A stretch of 64,000 nucleotides of DNA, taken from assembly GCA_963663865.1 (NCBI GenBank), contig OY760686.1:285670-349669 (forward strand), given 5' to 3'. Source of the DNA: Spirochaetota bacterium (GTDB lineage: Bacteria > Spirochaetota > UBA4802 > UBA5550). The position numbers were made by a program, and so were the translations under genes. The notes beneath the pieces are model-generated. The model saw only the letters and a program-made list of their open reading frames with translations. It searched no databases and was not told the origin of the DNA. Shown one piece after another: positions 58,873-64,000 of this stretch (positions are counted from its first letter, which is position 1; each line of letters starts with the position of its first letter).

Positions 58873-60789
58873 TCAAAGATCCAGATTCTGAACGTTTTTT
58901 GCGTTCTCTTCAATAAACTTTCTTCTTGGCTCAACAACATCTCCCATCAGCACTGAGAAGACATTTTCCGCTTCAATATCGTCATCTATTTTTACCTTCA
59001 GCATTGTTCTACGCGCCGGATCCATTGTTGTTTCCCAGAGTTGTTCTGGATTCATTTCTCCAAGTCCTTTATACCGCTGTATACCTATGTTTTTCCCCTT
59101 ATGCTGATTAATAATTTTATCTCTCTCCGCATCAGAATACGCATAGAAAGACTCCTTTCCCACTTTTATGCTATATAGAGGAGGTTGAGCAATGTACAGA
59201 TATCCATTGTCAATAAGGCCTTTTAAGTATCTAAAGAAAAAGGTCAACATTAGAGTCCGAATATGAGCTCCATCAACATCAGCGTCAGTCATGATGACAA
59301 TTTTGTGATATCTGGCTTTAGAGATATCAAATTCCTCATCTCCAATTCCGGTCCCAAATGCTGTTATCATTGACCTGATTTCTTCATTTGAGAGCATTTT
59401 ATCAAGACGAGCCTTTTCAACATTGAGTATTTTTCCTCTCAAAGGCAAAATCGCCTGAAAAGTTCTATCCCGACCCATCTTTGCTGAACCGCCGGCTGAA
59501 TTTCCCTCAACAATAAACAGCTCGCACTTTTCAGGCTCACTGCTTGAGCAGTCTGCCAGTTTTCCCGGGAGTGAATTGCTTTCCAGAGCGTTCTTCCGCC
59601 TCGTAAGATCTTTGGCTTTTTTTGCAGCTATTCTTGCCAATGCGCTCTGCATGCATTTCTCAATTATCTTTTTTGCTTCCTGAGGGTTTTCCTCCATGTA
59701 GAAACCAAGGTTCTCATTTGTTGCGGATTCAACTATTCCTTTAACCTCGCTGTTACCGAGCTTCATCTTAGTCTGACCCTCAAACTGAGGATTGGGAATT
59801 TTAACGCTGATTACCGCAACAAGTCCTTCTCTAACATCGTCTCCTGAAAGCTGACTGATATTTTTATCCATCTTATTTTTTTTCAGCGCATCATTTATAA
59901 CTCGAGTTAAGGCCGCTCTGAAACCAATCAGGTGAGTACCTCCCTCACGGGTGTTAATGTTGTTTGCGTATGTGAAAACGGTTTCAGAGTACGAATCTAT
60001 ATACTGCATTGCTATTTCAATTTCAATATTATCTCGGTTTGTTCTGAAGAATATAGGCTTTTTAACAATAGCTGTTTTTGTTTCGTTGAGATGTTCAACA
60101 AAGGATATTATACCGCCTTTAAAATGAAAAATGCTTTCGTTTTCTTTTCCGGCCTTTTTCTTGTCATCTCTTTCATCAGTCAGAATTATAGTAATTCCTG
60201 CATTTAGAAATGCCAGTTCCCTGAGTCTTTTTGCAAGTGTATCAAAATTAAACTCGGTTTCTTCAAAAATCTCTGCGTCAGGCCAGAAATGAATATTTGT
60301 TCCTGTTTTAGCAGTTTTCCCAGTCTCTTTCATCGGAGCTACCGGAATGCCTTTTTTATAGCTTTGTGAAAAAACTTTGCCTTCCCTTAAAACCTCGACT
60401 CTCATATCGGTTGAAAGCGCATTAACAACTGAGACTCCTACTCCGTGAAGGCCTCCCGATACCTTGTAAGAGTTATTATCAAACTTTCCACCGGCGTGAA
60501 GTTTTGTTAATACAACCTCAAGTGCTGAAACTTTATATACTGAGTGTGTTTCTGTAGGAATTCCCCGGCCATTATCCCTTACCTCTATGGAATTATCCTT
60601 ATGTATAATCACTTTAATATCTGTGCAATGTCCAGCAAGGGCTTCATCTATTGAGTTATCCACAATCTCATAAACAAGATGATGGAGTCCATGTGTATCT
60701 GTTGAACCAATATACATGGCCGGTCTTTTTCTTACCGCCTCCAGGCCTTCAAGAACCTGAATATTATCTGCGTTGTATTTTTTTGTCAT
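58873..60789 (-). CDS. gyrB: DNA gyrase subunit B
   Basis: GHKL ATPase, Toprim (EGDSAGG) and [12 protein letters not shown] motifs. Confidence 0.95.
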   Translation of the reverse strand: MTKKYNADNIQVLEGLEAVRKRPAMYIGSTDTHGLHHLVYEIVDNSIDEALAGHCTDIKVIIHKDNSIEVRDNGRGIPTETHSVYKVSALEVVLTKLHAGGKFDNNSYKVSGGLHGVGVSVVNALSTDMRVEVLREGKVFSQSYKKGIPVAPMKETGKTAKTGTNIHFWPDAEIFEETEFNFDTLAKRLRELAFLNAGITIILTDERDDKKKAGKENESIFHFKGGIISFVEHLNETKTAIVKKPIFFRTNRDNIEIEIAMQYIDSYSETVFTYANNINTREGGTHLIGFRAALTRVINDALKKNKMDKNISQLSGDDVREGLVAVISVKIPNPQFEGQTKMKLGNSEVKGIVESATNENLGFYMEENPQEAKKIIEKCMQSALARIAAKKAKDLTRRKNALESNSLPGKLADCSSSEPEKCELFIVEGNSAGGSAKMGRDRTFQAILPLRGKILNVEKARLDKMLSNEEIRSMITAFGTGIGDEEFDISKARYHKIVIMTDADVDGAHIRTLMLTFFFRYLKGLIDNGYLYIAQPPLYSIKVGKESFYAYSDAERDKIINQHKGKNIGIQRYKGLGEMNPEQLWETTMDPARRTMLKVKIDDDIEAENVFSVLMGDVVEPRRKFIEENAKNVQNLDL

Positions 60790-60937
60790 TCTTTAGTCTC
60801 CAGATTGTATCTGATTATTATTTAGCTTTAAAAAATTAAAGACCTGCTTACATTGTAATAAAATCTTTGCTTAATGAATTATCATTTCAATTCATTACAT
60901 TACATTACGGTCCCATGATTTCAATACATAATGATAT

Positions 60938-61147
60938 TTATCTGTTATTTCTGCTAATAACAGTGAAGGGGCTGACTTTGCTGGTTATTAGAGATCCATC
61001 TCTTCGTACAACAACTGTTTTTACATTTTCCTCGATAGAATCTACGATTTCACGATTAAGCTCACTTTCACGAAGAATTTGAGCATTGAAAATACCGACT
61101 AGATTTCTATCTGAAACAATTTTTCCTTCTCCTACGTGAATGTACAT
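60938..61147 (-). CDS. DUF370 (RemB/YaaB-like) small protein between recF module and gyrB
   Basis: MYIHVGEGKIVSDRNLVGIFN... matches the MYIH-start DUF370 family found at recF-gyrB junctions (from memory). Confidence 0.6.
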   Translation of the reverse strand: MYIHVGEGKIVSDRNLVGIFNAQILRESELNREIVDSIEENVKTVVVRRDGSLITSKVSPFTVISRNNR

Positions 61148-61149
61148 TT

Positions 61150-61500
61150 TTACCCTTTGTTTTTCCTGAACGGTGAGGGGGTCTTCTTTAATTCCGTCCT
61201 TATATTTTTTACTAAACTTCCGCCTGCCAGCCTGTTAATCTCATCAATCAAACGTGATGTAGACATGTTTATTTCGTTGGAGTACACCGGGTGATCTGAT
61301 TTAACAAAAAGCGTCTTTTTAAAAATTCTGTCAGGTTCAGTATGAACCGCAAGAATAGCTCCTGCAATCTCCTTCCATTTTGACTTTATTTCTTCTATCT
61401 GCATCGGCGCAGACAGACTGTATTGATCAGATATCGCGGCAAGCAAATCAGAAAAATTGCTCATATTGCCGATTCTTTTTTCTTTAAATATGAATTTCAT
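61150..61500 (-). CDS. DUF721 protein (DciA-like, putative replicative-helicase loader/operator)
   Basis: pattern W-x2-I-x-G-x-ILAVHTEP...LFVKSDHPVYSNEINM...LIDEIN matches DUF721; conserved position after recF. Confidence 0.6.
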   Translation of the reverse strand: MKFIFKEKRIGNMSNFSDLLAAISDQYSLSAPMQIEEIKSKWKEIAGAILAVHTEPDRIFKKTLFVKSDHPVYSNEINMSTSRLIDEINRLAGGSLVKNIRTELKKTPSPFRKNKG

Positions 61501-61607
61501 TCCGGTATGAATCTTTATAATTTGAGGTATCTAATCTAATAATTAGATCATAAGGATTTTATCCTTGCGGCATTTTTTTTGTCAAGTTATTGAAACCATT
61601 AAGGTAT

Positions 61608-62717
61608 TTATTTTTGGTATGTAGTCAAATTTTCATCAATATAAAATTTTTTAACATTACTAAATACTTCCTGATCAAGTCCGCTGTCAGAAACCATTGT
61701 AAATATAACCTGATTTCCACCAGACAGAAGTCTAACCATATTATTTTTTCTCTTTTGATCAAGTTCAGAAAAGATATCGTCTACAAGTAAAACTGATTTT
61801 TCAGTGTATGTTTTTTCGATTATTTCTGATTCAGCAATTTTAAGAGATATAGATGCTGTACGTCTCTGACCTTGAGATGCATAAGAATCAAAACTAATAG
61901 CTTTGCTTTTCATTAAGAGATAGTCATCCCTTTGAGGACCAAAGCTTGTAGATGAAATAGCAATATCTTTTCTTCTCACACTCTGCAATGTCGACAATAT
62001 ATCACTATAATCTGAGTTATCAGCTGAATTTGCGTATTCTATAACAGGGGGGGAATCATTCTCTGAAATTGATAAATATGATTCAATAAAAACCTGATTG
62101 AATTTTTCAATAAATGCTGCTCTCTTTTTAATTATCTTTGATGCTTTATCGGCAAACATTTGATCCCAGATATCAAGTTCATTAAAGTTTGATGAACTCT
62201 TCTCTCGTATGCTCTTGAGTAAACGATTTCTTGATATAAGTACTTTCTTGAATGAATTTAACAATTCAATATAAGGAGGATCAACCTTTGATATTACGCT
62301 GTCAAAAAATCTTCTTCTTAAATCTGGAGAACCGTTAATAAGATTAATATCTGATGGTAGAAATACAACTGCCAAAAACTTTCCAAAAAAATCAGATGCT
62401 TTTTTTACTTCATGTCCGTCAATCTTTACTTTTTTCCGTATTTTCCCTGCTTCATTAGAACATCCTATCTCAAAAAGGCTGTTTACAGAGCCGAAGATTT
62501 CACCGGAACAAAAATATGAAGAAGCTCCCCATCTTATCATATCACTGTCAGACGCATTTCTAAAAGACCTTAGAACCGAAAGCAAGGAAACTGCTTCAAT
62601 TATATTCGTTTTTCCAGATCCGTTATTACCTAAAATGAAGTTTATTTTTGGAGAGAAATCAACGCAAAGGGATTCATAGTTTCTAAAACCCTTTGCGGTA
62701 ATCCTTTTTATATACAT
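61608..62717 (-). CDS. recF: DNA replication/repair protein RecF
   Basis: Walker A GNNGSGKTN; SMC-like signature and Walker B (LLVDDIFSELD). Confidence 0.9.
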   Translation of the reverse strand: MYIKRITAKGFRNYESLCVDFSPKINFILGNNGSGKTNIIEAVSLLSVLRSFRNASDSDMIRWGASSYFCSGEIFGSVNSLFEIGCSNEAGKIRKKVKIDGHEVKKASDFFGKFLAVVFLPSDINLINGSPDLRRRFFDSVISKVDPPYIELLNSFKKVLISRNRLLKSIREKSSSNFNELDIWDQMFADKASKIIKKRAAFIEKFNQVFIESYLSISENDSPPVIEYANSADNSDYSDILSTLQSVRRKDIAISSTSFGPQRDDYLLMKSKAISFDSYASQGQRRTASISLKIAESEIIEKTYTEKSVLLVDDIFSELDQKRKNNMVRLLSGGNQVIFTMVSDSGLDQEVFSNVKKFYIDENLTTYQK

Positions 62718-62763
62718 AAATAATACTTAACCCGTTTCTAAATCTGTCAACACTGGAATTAAA

Positions 62764-63903
62764 TTATTCAACTCCCGCAGATTTAATCTGGATCGGCATA
62801 ATAACTGAGACGTAATTCACATCGTCTTCAGGCGACAGGGTAACAGGACTCATATTTCCGGTTATCCCACACTTTATAGAGAAGGAATCCATTTCTCTGA
62901 GGGCATCAACAAGAAATTGAGCATTTAAACCAAGCGTCATTTCTTCATCACTGTTTGATTCAATTTCAATCTCTTCTTCGGCATGACCAAGATCAGGTGT
63001 ATTTGCCTCAATAATAAGTCTGTTTTTTGTAAAATGAAGTATAATTTTATTAGCAGGTTCCTTTGTAAAAATCATTACTCTTCTGACTGAATCAAGTAGA
63101 AGCTTTGTTTCTATTGAAGTTTCAATAATATATTCTTTTGGGATAACATGCCTGTAATTTGGAAACTGCCCATCAACAATTCGCGAAATAATCTCAGTTT
63201 TGCTTGTCTTAAAAAAACACTGATTGCTGTTATACGAAAGCATGCAGTTTCCACTGCTTTCAAGCTGTTTATAAATCTCACCAACTGTTTTTATAGGAAG
63301 GATAAAACCTTCATTTTCTTCTGCTTTTCCTTTGAAATCAATTGCTCTATGAATCATGGCCAATCTTCTTGAGTCTGTAGATACTGCCGTAATTCCATTT
63401 CCTTTTTCAATTAGAATATATATACCATTAAATACGGGTTTTATTGTATCATGTGAAGCGGCATAGATTACTTTTCTGAACATTTCCCTGAGAACAGACT
63501 GCTCAATCTCTATAGAGCCTGTTTCTTCAAATTCAGGTATATCCGGATAATCTTCCGCGTCAGCGGCTATAAGCGAAAAATTACCTTTAATATTCTTTGC
63601 GTTCATTGACATATCAATAGTCAATTTTTCGCTTATATTAAGCTGCAGCTCTCCTGAGGGAAGCTCTTTTAGTATACTGCTTAACTTTTTACCGTTAGCT
63701 ATGAATGACATGGAAGAATCTGAAACTGCATCAACCCTTGTTCTTATTGCTATCTCATTATCAGTCGATATTATCTCTATTTCATCTCTTGCTATATTAA
63801 AAAGACAATTTGATAAAGTAGTATTAAGGTTTTTAGAAGAAATACCTGATTCAGCAATATTAACAGCTTTATAGAAATCCTCTTTATCTATTGAAAGTTT
63901 CAT
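62764..63903 (-). CDS. dnaN: DNA polymerase III beta sliding clamp
   Basis: 379 aa, three-domain beta-clamp; position between dnaA and recF. Confidence 0.9.
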   Translation of the reverse strand: MKLSIDKEDFYKAVNIAESGISSKNLNTTLSNCLFNIARDEIEIISTDNEIAIRTRVDAVSDSSMSFIANGKKLSSILKELPSGELQLNISEKLTIDMSMNAKNIKGNFSLIAADAEDYPDIPEFEETGSIEIEQSVLREMFRKVIYAASHDTIKPVFNGIYILIEKGNGITAVSTDSRRLAMIHRAIDFKGKAEENEGFILPIKTVGEIYKQLESSGNCMLSYNSNQCFFKTSKTEIISRIVDGQFPNYRHVIPKEYIIETSIETKLLLDSVRRVMIFTKEPANKIILHFTKNRLIIEANTPDLGHAEEEIEIESNSDEEMTLGLNAQFLVDALREMDSFSIKCGITGNMSPVTLSPEDDVNYVSVIMPIQIKSAGVE

Positions 63904-63950
63904 TTAAATAACCCGTTTATTTATTATAATTATAGTGAAAATATTGTAGT

Positions 63951-64000
63951 TTAGCTTTTTAATTCAACAGTAATATCATCCAGCAGCTCTTTGAACTCAT
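63951..64000 (-). CDS. dnaA: 3' end of chromosomal replication initiator DnaA (partial, continues beyond window)
   Basis: minus-strand frame reads ...EFKELLDDITVELKS* ending 47 nt before dnaN start; assignment rests mainly on synteny. Confidence 0.5.
   Translation of the reverse strand, partial: EFKELLDDITVELKS

Noticed and set aside
60894-60908. ATTAC x3 pentamer repeat upstream of gyrB
   Set aside because: Only three units in a non-coding AT-rich spacer. No frame consequence and too short to argue for slippage-based regulation.
62047-62053. G7 homopolymer in recF (and C7 at 23775-23781 in nadK) as possible phase-variable tracts
   Set aside because: Both are in frame as sequenced (encode PP and GG of conserved motifs). 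Tract length is short and the genes are core housekeeping.
63904-63950. dnaA-dnaN intergenic region as possible oriC
   Set aside because: Only 47 bp and contains no TTATCCACA-like DnaA boxes. The origin is presumably upstream of dnaA outside the window.
1-64000. Search for CRISPR arrays, rRNA/tRNA genes, IS elements
   Set aside because: No regularly spaced direct repeats, no tRNA-like cloverleaf candidates in the intergenic gaps inspected, and no transposase-like ORFs were recognised.

Overview
The window is a 64-kb chromosomal segment of a diderm bacterium with roughly 40-45% GC, judged by eye rather than computed. It ends at the replication-origin gene block dnaA(3' end)-dnaN-recF-DUF721(DciA-like)-DUF370(RemB-like)-gyrB-gyrA, all on the minus strand. 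Other origin-associated genes, normally clustered, lie 15-35 kb away in this window: rsmG-mnmG at 46.7-49.3 kb and rpmH-rnpA-yidD-yidC-jag-mnmE at 26.3-30.9 kb. The 52-aa rpmH is absent from the ORF track because it falls below the size cutoff. The dispersal suggests past rearrangements or insertions. Most genes from 36 kb onward read away from dnaA.

The rest is housekeeping and accessory. DNA repair genes include xth, sbcCD, ruvB, recN and nadK. A nitrogen module comprises amt-glnB plus an outer-membrane-protein gene, with a good sigma-54 promoter and an upstream 16-bp palindrome. A signalling cluster encodes a GAF/sigma-54 activator, a REC-PP2C phosphatase and an Hpt protein. There are also exbBD, a GAF-HD-GYP phosphodiesterase, an archaeal-type PurO, and a 1431-aa fused HgdC-like activase/dehydratase. 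Several lipoproteins have loose lipoboxes. That feature, the giant HgdC fusion and the abundance of sigma-54, HD-GYP and PP2C genes are reminiscent of spirochetes, but this is only an impression.

The most interesting observations are these:
- A heptanucleotide tandem repeat sits inside the real start region of a thermolysin-like (M4) secreted protease. In its present copy number it disconnects a promoter- and SD-equipped ATG plus signal peptide from the protease body. This is a candidate slipped-strand phase-variation switch.
- An AT-rich XRE-HTH/ImmA-IrrE regulator pair lies at the window edge, typical of mobile-element or defence-island control modules.
- An operon encodes a UshA-like 5'-nucleotidase homologue in which all metal-ligand motifs are substituted, making it a predicted pseudo-enzyme. 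It is followed by a nucleoside 2-deoxyribosyltransferase-like gene.
- A gamma-class N6-adenine DNA methyltransferase has no nuclease partner (orphan). It sits next to a rhomboid protease gene and a gene for a VWA-TM-FHA protein.

No CRISPR array, rRNA or tRNA was recognised.
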